Shown: positions 39,401 through 53,600 of the stretch, piece by piece
How the letters are laid out: each line of letters begins with the position of its first letter
Position numbering within the stretch: the first letter of the stretch is position 1
Assembly: GCA_000934665.2 (NCBI GenBank)
Contig: KZ538388.1
Coordinates: 1-64,000, forward strand
Reading direction: 5' to 3'
Origin: Catajapyx aquilonaris
Taxonomy: Eukaryota
DNA length: 64,000 bases
Notes under the pieces: generated by a model
Told to the model about the DNA's origin: nothing
What the model saw: only the letters and a program-made list of their open reading frames with translations
Database searches by the model: none
Translations under genes and position numbers: made by a program

Positions 39401-42400
39401 GTCAGGCTCGTATGTGACCCAATCCTGATTTCGCCGCTTGACTGGACTCATTGAAAGGCTTTGGGAGCCAAATCGAACAAAGGAAGAACCGAGAGAGGCA
39501 TTTGAGCTCGGGGGAGGTCTAATAATTATTAGAGCGGAGAAACAATTCCAAGGCTTCGGCCCTGGTGCATTGCGTCACGTGTTACCACGCGGCTTTTGTT
39601 TACAAGTCGCCTTCTGGTGCTGGTTCCACGTGGGCGCAAGGTAGGTGGTTTCAATGTAAAGGGGAAGCGACTAGATATTTGGGCCGATTTTTTAAAAAGG
39701 ACATTGAATAGAATCTATGGGATATTGTGCTCGGTTTTTGTGGAAAACTAGTTTGAGCAGTAGGTGAACCATTGAGGACGTGCAACGAATTCGGAAGAAT
39801 GGACCGTGGTGGCACTGGAGTATTGGGGGGGGGNGGGGGTAGGCTGATCTTTTGTGGGCGAGAAGTGGGTGGGACTTTGCACAATCCTGCGTTTCACGGC
39901 CGAGTGGAAAGATTGCCGGCTTTGGATGAAAAGGCTGGATGGAGTCAACAGGATCGGCTGTTGTGGTCCAGGATGTAGTGCTGTCATTTAGAATGTCATA
40001 CAACTGTTCTTTCTCTGCACAATGTAGGCGTGATTAGCCTTCTGTGGCAATTTGGCTTTTTTATTGGAATTTAACAGGACTTTTATGAGCTTGGGAATCA
40101 TGGAGTAAACAAACTGGGTATTGTTTGAAATATTTTAATAACCTATCGCGAAATGTGGCGAGGGATAATTTCAGAGTAGCCCTGGGAATACAAGAACAGA
40201 TCATTAGGGAATCGGCAGTAGGGCGTATCTTATAGTCTCACACAGTTTTTATTTTACGTACAGCTGGCGTTTTCTGATAACTGCTTCAGACCTATGTCTG
40301 GTAAGTGTAGGTGTTTGCACAAACCTTAGTGCTGAAAAGGTTTGTGTGTAATATAATTATTACCAGAGAAAAGTAACTTGCCACCATGGAAAGTGTTGAA
40401 TGCTGTGTGTAGATTACGTAGGAAGAAGAACAGTGAGACTGTGTAATACCTAAAGCTACAGCTATTGTTTGGAGAATAGCCTACTGATATCCCCTTATGA
40501 AGAAAGTAATGGGGCAAGTTGTACTTGACACTTGCGCCCTTTTTTATTCTAATATATGATGACACTAACGTTTAAGTAAGTTTGAAAGAAAATGTACTCT
40601 CTTCAATGATAAGTACTTCCCAGTCTTATCTGTACTATAATAGTCAAGAAAGTGTTGCAATGAAAAGTGAGACTCCACTGCAGCTCCACTGTAAACGTAT
40701 TTTCCAACCAGGTCGGGAAAGGGGTGTGTGGAGAATGACATCATTCTTAGAACCAATTGTGCGATGACGTGTATTCAGATGTTGAGGTGGTAGAGGTGGT
40801 GTACAGCCCTGGCCGAATCCGTGGTAGTCAGCGTATTTGCTGGACTATTGATTCCGAGTAGGCCACAGTATAGGACAGTGCGTCCAACCCTGGGGTGACT
40901 TGACGGCTTTGCAGGAGGCGGCAGTAGGACAACAAACGTATCTGAGCCGAATGCATTGAGTCGGAGCAGCCATCTCCACTTGGTATGCTGGGGAGGTGTT
41001 GTTTATGCGGATATTGATGAAGGACCACGAGCTTGGGAATCACCAGCGTGTGTCCGTCGGCTAGGTTGGCGGGGGTTTTTGCCATGCGTTGTGGCCTCGA
41101 TAGTCTGTGCCAAGGTCTGAGTCACTTGGGTCTGAGCGAAACGCAATCGAAATAGTTGCCGCAATCTGCACGCAATGGGGATAAACTTCGCAATTCCCAA
41201 TTTTCCACAGGTGATGACTTTCACCTGGGTTTTTCGCCATGCTGAGAATTCGGATCGTTTGGCCACAATTTAAGTGTGGCGATACACATTTTTGAGTATA
41301 TCATCGGTTGGATCCCACCGAAATCTTCGTTGGTATAGGCCTGTCCAGTGTATAAACGAGGTTTTATGTCCAGGATGCACCAAATGACCTCCATCTGCGG
41401 CACCGGAGTCGACACTTCACGTTATGATCTGGTTTTTCCATTTTTCCCAGGCCCCCCCAGCTTGTCCAACCGAGATACTAAAGCGCTCCAGCTGAATAAT
41501 CCAGCTAACCCGATAACCGTACTAATGAGGCATTTTGCCTCCTGGCACTGCCGCTGCATCCGTTCGCGGTCATCACCGTGGACATCTTGATAGCATAACT
41601 TGTTTTTCGCCCTCAAAACTTTCAGCACTTATCACGGCGTGATTGTGAGGCCTAACCATCCGAGCCACTTCATATCGCACTCAGTTATCGCGATGGGTGA
41701 TCCGGAGTGGGTCGCATTTAGAAAAGGCGGGTGGGGCCATGTTTAACGTAATTGGTAGGGGGAGAAAGTCCATATTAATTGGCGATGATTTAGGCGCTGT
41801 GCACTATAGGGGATGACGTCACTTGCCGTGATTAGGAAGTTTGGGAACAGCCATATGTAGACTTAACAAGGAAGGATCTTTTTACTCGCCTGAGCCGAGC
41901 GGGCGAGCTATCTACAAGGTCGCCGAATAATTAACGCTAATTTTTAGGCAGAATTCACGAGCCCGTTGCTCCCACTGACTGCCGTAATTATATTGGGAAC
42001 CGGAGAGTTTCCTCAGGCCTCATCTGAAGCATTGACAAACTAGCGGTTGTTGAAGGGATCCGCAAGGAAATTGCCATGGGGGATTAAATGACGGAGAGTT
42101 AGGTGACGGATCTAGAAGTAGGAAATTATTCTCATCACGCGCAGGGCATCTCCCACTCTGTAGCCCAAAGGTTTGGTGTTTTCTGGCGACCGCAAATGAG
42201 ATCCTTTCAAAGCTGACGTCAATCTGTTGACGAAGTTGCAATTGACCTGAGTAATAATTGCAGTCTTATTGGCCGGGGCGAGGAGAGCAGGTCTATTTTG
42301 GGAGCCTGTAGAATCTATGGTTTATTGATGGGCTGGCTGCCTTGGCGACGGGGGTATGGGGTTATTAATTGGAGCGCAGTCTTCGGAGGAACTTTGTGGG

Positions 42401-44658
42401 CATCGTGGATAAGTAAAGTGTGACGGTTGCTTGGACAGGCGGCAATCGGGTCAGTCGGAAGCGTGTCGTGACCTGTGGCATCGTGTACCGTTAACCTTCG
42501 ATGGGATGGAAGTAGTTGAGTGACCCTCTTCTTGAAAGTGGAATGAATGGACCGATGAGTGGTTGGGCTGGTGGTCCTCAAATTACGTGTTAAGGGTGTT
42601 CTTGGGAAAAGTGGTTACCTGGTGGGCCAATATGGGGACGGAAGCGTGAAATTCTTGACCAGTGACTTGGACATTAGAAATCCTGTTGGTATTGTGACTG
42701 TTCTTCAGCCTTGAAACTTCTTTGGGAAGTAATTTATTGTTCCCTCCTACTCCGTTTCCGATGATGATGGCATATTCAGTAGTGTGCGAGGGTTGGAGGT
42801 ATGCAGAGATACCAGGTAGTTAAAATATGAACGAGTCGAATTCGGGGAAGTGCTGAGGTACTCCTGGAGGAGGTAGAGGCTCATGTCAAGATATGGTAAG
42901 ATATCAGGGGAATACGTCAGAGGGACAGGGACACTTCAAGGAAGTGTACAATGCTGTTTCTAATCCCGGAAAAGCAGCTCAGGATCGGAGTCTAGTAACC
43001 CCGTGGTTGTTTCTTGTTTGGGGTGGCGTTATGTATTCCCCATGATATTGATATTGGAAGACTTGCATGACAGTGATAATAATAATAAGTCATTACACAC
43101 AGAGGGTGGGGGTGGATATCTTGTGGATCCCTTTGAACAAAGCCACAGACCACCTGTTGATGGTTGCTGCACTACATCACTCATTCCAAATACTGTAGTG
43201 TGCTGCAGTGATGTGTTCACTTCAGTACTAAAACTGGAAGCAGGAGATTAATGTCTTCCTAAAAATAGTGTGATATATGCAGAGTCACTAGTGAACAATT
43301 TATTTAAAAATTTCACTGCATTACACATTTGTGTCAAGAGGTACAGTATGGTTACATAAAGCACAAACCAGTGCCGGTTTGATAAGTTTAGAGCCTGTCT
43401 ACTACTTTCATTAGGAATGTTCCAAAATATGGTGATGTACGAATAAGAGCATAATGATGGCTGAGACTGACTTGCTAAGAAGCCTAGACAAGTTTACTGT
43501 AATGCACTGTATACAGGACGTGTTTTACTGACTTAAGTTGACAATCGGGGGGGGGGGGGGGNNNNNNNNNNNNNNNNNNNNNNNNNNNNNNNNNNNNNNN
43601 NNNNNNNNNNNNNNNNNNNNNNNNNNNNNNNNNNNNNNNNNNNNNNNNNNNNNNAAACCCCCCCCCCCCCCCCCCCAAGTTAGACTAAGTCCAGGAGTGC
43701 ACCTTGCTTGCGCACACTCTGGGGGTGCCGGCACCCCAGGTTAAGGACCCCTGAGGCACCCCAGCATGCAAATAAACCTGGTACCAAGGTCTGGTGTTCG
43801 AGTGCCAGGAGTTAACTAATCCATCAACTCTCTCCCCTCCCCCTGATCTTTCTCTTCTCTCCCCCCACCTCCTCCTTTCCAATTGTCAACTTGAGCAGAG
43901 AAACACCCTGTATATTGCGGTCATACAGGGAAAATCCACCAAGTCCAACAAACCAATTTCGAGATAATAAAAAGCAAATATATGACCTTGCACTTGTTTA
44001 CATGATAGTGAAGACAGAAAATCCTATCTTCCTGGCTCATTGTGAATCTTTAGACCTAAATGAACTTAACCAAGTGATAGAACATATTTTTTTAAAGGCT
44101 ACTTGGTGGTGTAAATAACTCAAAACCACCAAAATTGGACTTAATTTCTCCCACATGTCAATGCTATGAGGCTTTTCAATGGGCAACTGCATTTTTGAAG
44201 AGATGTTCCAAATTCCTGTACTACCTTGACCATCGACATTGTCATACAGTAGGATATGCCAAGCTGTTGAGTTGCAGTTCATTCTTGAATTGGTGACCAT
44301 GATTTGACTTGAGTTGGTGGAAATTTCCCAGGAAAGTAAACAATTTAACCCCAGTTCAATTGCTTCCGACAATACAACAAGGGTAGGGTGGTGGGGAGGG
44401 GAGAAGGGATGTTGGAGGGGCAGAGAGGGAAACTAATTTGCGTCTTCAACCACTACAGTGGTATGATGAGTGACAGGATATGGGAATGTGAAAGTGCCAC
44501 TCATATTGTTTAAGTATTTATAAAGAGCATTATGATTACCTTGTTAACAGATTTGGTGGAGGAGAGGCATTCAGCCCATCTCATGCGCTGGGAAAGCACA
44601 GGCTGCATCAGCAGTGAGCCTGGTACAAAGTGGACGGCACAGCAGCGGTGACGTCAAC

Positions 44659-47600
44659 ATGGCCTCTTCATTTTGGAGAAGCCTGATGGTGCTTATGCTA
44701 CTACTCTTGGCAGTGGTAGATGGTGAAGGTAGCCAAGAACCTCATGATGGCAGTGGTATCACTGGGGACTGGAAAGCAGAGTTGTGGAATCCTTTGCCCT
44801 ATGACCCTATTCACTACACACCTGCTGCAGTCAACAACAGCTACCAGTCGACAACTAAGTTTGATGCCAAGGGGATGGAGCCACTTTACCAACTTACTGA
44901 ATTCTTCCTTCAGCTCACTTTTAGGAGAAATATCCTGCCAATGAGTAAGCATTACTAGTTAATGGGCAACACAAATTATGGGTCAGTAATTTGTGTTCAA
45001 TGTGAAATGTATGTCCTGTTTTTTTGTTGGTCACTTATAAACTGAATTTAAAATGTATATTTACTGGAAATTCAAGTTAACTAGCCAAGATAATGAGGAA
45101 ACGATTCTGAATAAAAGTTTTGGCTGAGACATTGGAAGTGCAGTAGCCAATGCTGTCATCCTACAAAAAAAAACAAAAAAACAGCTGCATCTGCAATGTG
45201 CATTAGGATCTAACTCGTTTATCCAGTTCCATTATTCTTCATTTCTAGTATAAGGCATATCCTACCTTTATTTGAACTTGACTCATTTTGGACCCAATCA
45301 TTTGAAGCTCAGCAAAACACAAAGAGTTTAAGTGCCTTCTACATAATAATGGGGTCCTAGCCTTGGCCTGGGATTTGGGTAGTTTGTATACGAATAGCTT
45401 AACGATACATATAAACACGCATTCCACCAGTCTCCGGTACCAAAATGTCATTCCTTGATAAAGTATCGGGGGTTTAAATGTCACTCGCAAATTGGCGAGA
45501 AAAATGGGGGCGTGGCCTCTGACCCAAGTGATGTCAGCAGGCCGTTGCCTCACGCTCATTCGATTCGGATTATTTACTGACGGTCCTGTTCGATTCGGCT
45601 TTACTTGCGGTCGTTGGATTCCGTTGTTAGGCAACAAACAAAGGAACAAAGTAACCCTGGTGCATTCCTGCCTCAGCATGTTTATTTTCTTGACCCAAGT
45701 GACATCAGAGGGCAATACGATACCGTATAATTATTATGATCTTAGATCGATCATAGCTCGAAAACTAATATTTATTTCTTCAAACGAAAAACACCAAAAT
45801 TCATTTAAAAATAAGGACGATTTTTTACATGCTTTGCGAAATGTAGGCTAGGACCCCATTTGCAAGGCCCTGTGTGAAATCCATGATGTAGAATAACTCC
45901 CTCCATATTGCCCTCTGTTATTTCCGTGGGTTGTTTCATGTTTGAATCAGTTGTTACAAAAAGGACTACCGTTCCATGAACCAACTTCTGAGAAAAACTC
46001 ACACAAAATGGTCCACTCATTGCTGTCTTTTTCTTGTGCTATTATTATTTTAGTGAAGATTCCTCATTAATCAAGGAATATAACATTGTATATTCACAAC
46101 ATGTGTTGAAATTAAAGAAGCAACATGGCAAGTAGCTGATTCATTTATATAAGGTGGTGGGTGGGATCTGCCTTATTCCACAAGACAAAGAATAGACTAC
46201 CACAACCATCTACAGATTCTAATGGAGCTGGAAAAAAGACAGTTCTGCCGTCAGATGTGAGAGGACCGTAACTAAATATTCACTTCCCTTGCGGCGAGAA
46301 AAGAACGCAAGTGTTGGGGGAAGGGGGAAAAAGGAACGGCATCCAAACTCCACCTGTTGGGTGCTTTTGCTTTTGGTACCACTGCTTTTTTTCTCGCCAC
46401 AAGGGGAAGTGGACACTGAGTTACGGTCTTCTCATATCTGACGGCAGAGTTGCCTTTACCACATGCAGGTGTAGTTCTTACACACAATCGTAGAACAGAT
46501 GTTCTGACAGGGACTAAGTTTCTTGTATTTAGGTTAGATTCATATTAGGCTTAAGTTAAATGTCCTCTTAATTCCCAGATGGAAGCACTACAAGGTAGCA
46601 GTGACATCTTGGTTGATTTTGATCACTTACTTTGAGCTTGTTCAATTTTGGGAAATTGGATTGCATTGAATCAGGAAATTTTGCCATAGTTTTTTAGAGG
46701 CCTACTCTCAAATTAACTGAATTCTCCCTTTGCGACATCTTAGACACCTGAAATAATTTCATTGCTTTATTATTATTTTATAGATTCAACGTTGCTTAAT
46801 GATGACAAAGATCCCAGCGAGATTACCCTGAAAGAGCTGGAAGCAGAATGGCGTCCCCTTGCACTCCACTACATTGGTCTACTGATTCTTTTGGGGGTAG
46901 GGGTTCTTTTTTGTGTCATAATGTTATGCGCAGGATGCATTTTCTGTTGCTGCCGTTGTGCTGGAAATTGTGGTGCAAAGAGTCCCACCTTTGAAAAGAA
47001 CCATGATCCATGCAAGAGGGTGACCATTAGTATATTTCTCTCCGCCCTTGTTGTTGCCGTATTATTCGGTGTGGTATGTGCCTTTGTCACTAATGAGTAC
47101 CTGGAGCGAAACGTTCAGCAACTGCCAAACCGCCTGAGGGAGTCCCTGGACGACACGCAGTTATACCTGCAGAATGTAAAAATGGTGAGTTCAGTGGTTT
47201 TCTGGATTACACGTGTGGACTTGGCCACTAAGACTCTTTTCACTCGTAGGAAGTGAACACCTCACTAGTACAAAACTTTGAGCAACTGCAAGAGGCTGTG
47301 GATAAGATGTTGAGTGGTGAGTGAAGTGTTGACCACATGCTAATGATATTAGCTTGACTAGTTACTAGTGAAATAAGCTGCTAATAAGTTTTCTGGAACT
47401 CTTGAATGCTCTTTGCAATGAAGTGTGAGTTTAAGAGACCTATATGTATTATTCCTGTGTATTTTCAGATAGTGGAGACATAGTTGAAAAAGCTTTGGCT
47501 CAAATGACCAAAGCAGTGGCCATAGACAATCTGACTGCAATTGTTGACCAGTTTGGGGAGGTGAATGAAAGTCTTGAAACAGTGATGGAATTGACCTTGA

Positions 47601-50600
47601 AGCTTCAGGAGGATTATGCAGCATTACAAGGCAGTAAGAGGTCTTAATGAATTAAGCAGACAATTTTCTTGCCCCCCCCCCCCCCCCCCCCCCCCCCNNN
47701 CCCGGCCCCCACATAGTCTTGTCCTGAATTAGCTGTGGGAACATGGCTAACACAACTTTTGAAACCTAGTTTATCCTAACAAATTATGCTACCCTACCCT
47801 AACCTACCTATCCTACCCTGCCATAACTAACCGAGGCTGAGATAAATGGATTTTAAAGAAACCCAATTGTGGGGACATGTCCCCACTAAAGCAGTACCAA
47901 ATCAGGCGTTTTAACCGTGGGGACCGAAAATGTCCCCACAAATCGGAGGATGTCCCCACAGTTACAGTAAAAACTCCCATTTCTGTCCCCGGAGCTTATT
48001 GAAGACCTGTACGCACTTCTATGGTTTAGCCTTCGAGTTAAGTGTCCATACCTCTGGTGCACAGGACAAAAAAGTTTAACTGGTCAAATTACTCTTGCAC
48101 ATTGTGTGACAATAGGATTCCTTTCTGCCTACATGTGGTTGTTATTTTTTCTGGTCAATCGGGCATACTGTCCCATTAGAAATGTACCGTGTGTTTCAGT
48201 TCAACTACGCTAGAGATGTCCATTTACTTCTCAAGCTGTGTTATTTTTTAACTTTTGCTGTGAAGTTGCTTCAGTTTGGCGGCATTTTTCTTTGCACTGG
48301 TGATTTAGTCCCCCATCTATATGTTTGGCATTATGCGCTGATTTTTATTTAGTTGCTCATTTACTTATGTGAATGTTTTCCTTGTGTTGACAGTATTTCT
48401 GTTATCATACATAACATGATTCCAATAATTGTATACAATTGGTGTATATGTGGAAGAGTGTACCTGTGTGGGCCATAGGCCTGGCAGGGGAATAAACCAT
48501 TCATTATTAATAAAATATTATAAGCAATAATTTGCCATGACAACTTTGTTCATTTTCAGATCTGACAAATGTGAAAAAACAAGTAGACAACTACCTGCAA
48601 GCATGTAATGATTGGAAGGCTTGCCAAGATGCCTTGGATAACTACAACATTAAAAATTTATCTACCAACGCTGACTTCACCAAGGTATGATTGAATTAAA
48701 TCATGGTATGTTCATTTTGGAAAGTGCCTCCATTTGGAGTATTGTATTTGGTGAAAACGATTAACATGGTCACACTAACTTACAAGACAGTTATTAATGG
48801 CTGCTACTAATGACTACCCTTTTTTTTCATGCCACTCAAGCTGATAGACAGGTACTTCCCTCAGGTAAACTGGCTAATTTGCAATGATGCATGAGCATGC
48901 GTTATTAGAAATCGGAATGCTAATAAGTCTGCCTTGGGTTAGAAGCAGGAACTGACTTCCCTCCCTAATGCAGTGTCATGATGGTAATACTCTTATTGCC
49001 TTCCAGTGGCATCAATGTTTGTGAATTAGGGACAATATAAATGTTAAGCATCTTGTGTATGAAGGTGGCAGATTAAATACATCAATTAATATATTTATGA
49101 TATATTTAGAGCTGGTTGTATCAACTGAAGTTAAGGAGAAATCTCCAATTATGTCAGGTTAGGTATTGTGAATTTGACATTTTTCCTTATTTTCTTTCAT
49201 ACTATTGGCTTTTAAGGGCCGTATTTTCAGCGTCCTAGCAAAAGTGGGCGTTCTGGACGCAAGTTGCTATGGGGTTGCTATAGCAAGCAGCATCGCGATT
49301 TTTACCGTTTCTCTCTCTCATCCTACCACCCGCTAGCAAGGGCAAGGCTCCTCCCCCAGTTTTCCCTCCAAAAGCACGGTGTTGCCGATGCGAACTGTGA
49401 CGTCATATAGCTACCCAGCCAATGGGGACCGTTCAGACATGATTTCAAAATTCCCCTGGGTAGGAAACGCACCCTCCACTACGGATTGCCAGAGGGTATC
49501 CGAAGTTTCTCCTGCCAGTAAGGGGCTGGGTACTATTAAACTTACTAAAACAATACTTTTAACATTTTTACTGTAATAGAGCACGGTGTAATTTTATCAC
49601 GCTTGCCATCGATACGTTCGTTAAGTGATTCGGATGAAAAACTACCGAGATAGAAGGGGTGAGCAATATACTTAATTATGATTACAGAAATGGGAATTTC
49701 TAAGTTTCAAACATATCATTAGATAGACAAAGATGTGCACTATCCAGGGTTCAGAGGGATTTTTTTGGCCTCCGAGAAGTGTCAGAAAAAAAATCATTTT
49801 GCTGCGTAATGTCGGCAACTAGTCAAAAAATAACACCTTTCTGCCATCTTCTTGCGATAAAAAATTACAGGTCGATGGTAAGAAAACAACTTGCATATAA
49901 CGTGGATTTTTTTTTTTTTTTCATTACCCCACGGGGGGAGTTATACTACTCCTTAGGGGGGGTGGGTTGCCACCTTTGGAATTTGTTTTTTTTTGGAGCG
50001 AGTTTAAGAAGAATCTTAATTAGTATGCTCCAAGGGTGGGTGGGAGGGGATGTGCAAAGTGCAAGTGCAATGTCTCTAATCGTCATTTTGTGAACTCCCC
50101 CGGGTGGCTTAGTCTGCCGGAAATTGCCACCCGAAACGAAGCCAGAGATGGCCCAACTCTGCACGAAAGAAGGTGGGAACCCCGGGTGGGGATTGAACCC
50201 GGGACCTTAACTTCCGTGGGCGCGCGCGTTACCGCGGCGCCACTCCGTCTCCCCATATAACGTGGATTTAAACAAGCTTCCATAGGATATAATAACATTA
50301 TTTTAACCGGAGCAGTTTGGTGGAGTGGATAAGGTATTCGACTGCTAATCGGGAGGTCCTGGGTTCGAGTCCCGGGGCCGGCAATCCTAACCGTGGTTTA
50401 CTGTGGTTTCCCACGGTCCCCCCAGGAGAATTCCAGGATTGCTTCTTAAATAATAGGCCACAGCCGCTTCCTTTCCTATCCTTGTCCCGTCCATAAGGAG
50501 GTGCGGTGTCGGTCGGGGGTTGTCTGATCCGCATCTAGGGGGTCATCTTGGCGAACGGGCCCCCTGAGGGTCTGCACACGACCCCCACCATGAGACATTA

Positions 50601-53600
50601 CACTTGCACCAGTGTCTTCCCCTCATTATCCCTATCGTCCCCTCATTATCCCTATCCTGTCCCCTGCACCGGATGGTGGTATTCCACTCCCCCTAAGAGG
50701 GCCCAGGGCCCTAGCACAGGGTACCAAAAACATATATACGTATATATAATTTGTTATTTTTTAAAAAATTGCGTTATTTGTCTGGGAATTGTTTCGAGTC
50801 AAACACAGGACTCTACAGGGTGTATCAGAGTCATAGGTCAAGCGCATGCGAAGGGATCAGGAAAAATCGTAGGTGGCGATAACCCAGGTCGGTTTTATAA
50901 AACAATGAGAAATAAGGGAGTATTCGATTTTTGATTACTGCGTGACGTCACATCCTTTCTGTTCGAATAGAGAGGCGCGGAAAGGCCAGTACGGTGCGTA
51001 CAGCGGCTCTCGAGGCATGCCGGTTGCACTGAACAAGGCGCTCTCATGCTCTCCCGCCTTCCCACGCAAAGCATGGGGCCGTGCTTGGACCTCAGCAACC
51101 CCTCTTAGCAACCTGCCCATGCAATGGTGCACCGGGAAAGGGGGGAGGATGTCGAGCACCGATGTCTCTGTACAGGCAGTAATGACAGTACGCATACCAC
51201 GTAGACGTCATCCTCATTGAAAAATCGCGAAAAATGTTTCTTGCGGTGGACAGACGGCTGCTTGAGGCTGGTACGTACAGTAGTACAGTGTGATGTACAC
51301 CTGCACAGTAGTACAGCACTGCACTAGCTGGTTAACGCCTGTGTACAGTAGTGTACGGTACTGTAACAGTACTGTATAGCATATCGTGACAGGTGCACCT
51401 CTTACCTCACGTGCCATGGCAATGGAGGAAGACGTTCTGGACATTGTAGCCATGGACCCATCGATCAGCACCTGTGATGTCAGTTGTAGAGTGCACAGCA
51501 TGGATTCCAATGTGTGAAGGATCATCCATGACGGCATCCGAGCGAATGGGCTCCAGTCCCAGCATTTGCTGTAGTCATGGTATGCGTACTGATAGTACGC
51601 ATACCGACTTCACGGGTGCTGATCGATGGGTCCATGGCTACCATGTCCAGAACGTCTTCCTCCATTGCCATGGTACGTGCGGTAAGAGGTGCACCTGTCA
51701 TGATGTGCTACACAGTACTCTTACAGTACCATACACTACTGTACACAGGCATTATCCAGCCAGTGTAGTGCTGTACTATTGTACGTACCTGACATATCTC
51801 GCCTGCCTCACAATGTACCGGCCTCACGCAGCCGTCTGTCCACCGCAAGAAACATTTTGTGCGATTTTTTAATGAGGAAGACATCTATGCGGTATGCGTA
51901 CTGTCATTCCTGCCTGTACAGAGATATCGGTGCTCGACATCCTCCGCCATTTCCTGGTGCACCGTTGCATGGGCAGGTCGCGAAGAGGGGTTGCCGAGGT
52001 CCAAGCACGGCCCCATGCTTTGCGTGGGATGGCGGGAGAGCATGAGAGCGCCTTGTTCAGTGCAACCGGCATGGCTAGAGAGCCGCTGGATGCACCGTGC
52101 TCGCCTTTCCGCGCCTCTCATTTCGAACGGAAAGGATGTGACGTCACGCCGTAATCAAAAATCGATTACTCCCTTATTTCTAATTGTTTTATAAAACTGA
52201 CCTGGGTTATTGCCACCTACGATTTTTCCCCACCCCTTCGCGCGTGCTTGACCCATGATGCTGATACACCCTATCAAGATAAATATAATACAATGTCCTT
52301 CCAATTATCCGGGTGCGGATTATCCGTGCTGCAGATTTTTTTTTCAATTGGGGAGTCAGACAGTGCCTCTTGTGCAACTGCAACTGCAACTGCAACAATT
52401 AGCCGAGCTTCTCACATAACAAAAACACCACGTCTTTGGGCGTCGGGCAACCTATAAGCGTCTCGCCTGTCCCATATTATCCGGTTCCTACGGAAATGGG
52501 CATTCACTAGTTCATCCGCGACCAGGACATGAACTGCTCCCATCCGTGTCTCTGCGAAATCAGCCATGTTGAGCAAGTTGTGGCGTCCCTCGAGTTGGTC
52601 GCAGCGGGCGGGCGGGAGACTAGCAAACTACCAGGTCGTATCTTGCTACGTGACGTTGAAAATGGGAAAGCTAGCAAAAGGGGGGGTTTGACGTCACACT
52701 CCCCCTAGCTCTGCCCCATCGTAGCTTACCAGGACGTTGAAAATGTGGCCCTAAGTCTGGTGACTCAATGAACTTGTTCAATATTTTAAAATCACATGCT
52801 GCCATTGTCCCATAGACCAAGGAATAACAGTGCCTGAAACCTGTAGATAACTAACAAGGGAACGGTCAGGGTTGTGAACCTCCGATTTGGTTGAAACTGG
52901 CATGAGGGGTCATTCATGTGCGATAGACACGTTGGTGAAAGTGTTAGCTCGCAACGTCCAGCCGTTTCCGAGATATGAGCGACAGTAACATCCGAATTTT
53001 GGCCACGCGCATTTGCCGGGAGCCGCTCTGCCAGCTCCAAATCCCTTCTACCTTGATTCCCCCCACTTTTTTCGATCCCACACCACCATCCCCCACTCCC
53101 CCACCAACAATTTCGTATTCCATAGTTTCTTTGCTCCGGTATTTATTATGAGACCATCAAGCTGCTTTCTTTCGCTTCTGTCAACTGCGAATAAAGAGCT
53201 TCTATACCTAAAATTGGGTGATGGGGAAAACTCATAATAAATACCGGAGCAAAGAAACAAGGGAAAACGGAAATGTTGGTGGGGGAGTGGGGGATGGTGG
53301 TGTGGGATGGAAAAAAGTGGGGGGAATCAAGGTAGAAGGGATTTGGAGCTGGCAGAGCGGCTCCCGGCAAATGCGCGTGGCCAAAATTCGGATGTTACTG
53401 TAGCTCATATCTCGGAAACGGCTGGACGTTGCGAGCTAACACTTTCACCACTGTGTCTATCGCACATGAATGACCCCTCACGCCAGTTTCAACCAAATCG
53501 GAGGTTCTCGACCCTGACCGTTCCCTTGTAAGTACCGTATTTACTCGCATATAAGACACGTTTTTTCCGATTTTTGTAGCTCAAAAAGTAGGGTGCGTCT

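Larger units (their letters stand above)
49216..52751. mobile_element. Non-autonomous PIF/Harbinger element hosting nested insertions
   Basis: TAA|GGGCCGTATTTTCAGCGTCCT...AGGACGTTGAAAATGTGGCCC|TAA. Confidence 0.8.

Noticed and set aside
50895..53531. Pairs of similar ORFs on opposite strands
   Set aside because: They are mirror products of palindromic MITE arms, not duplicated genes.
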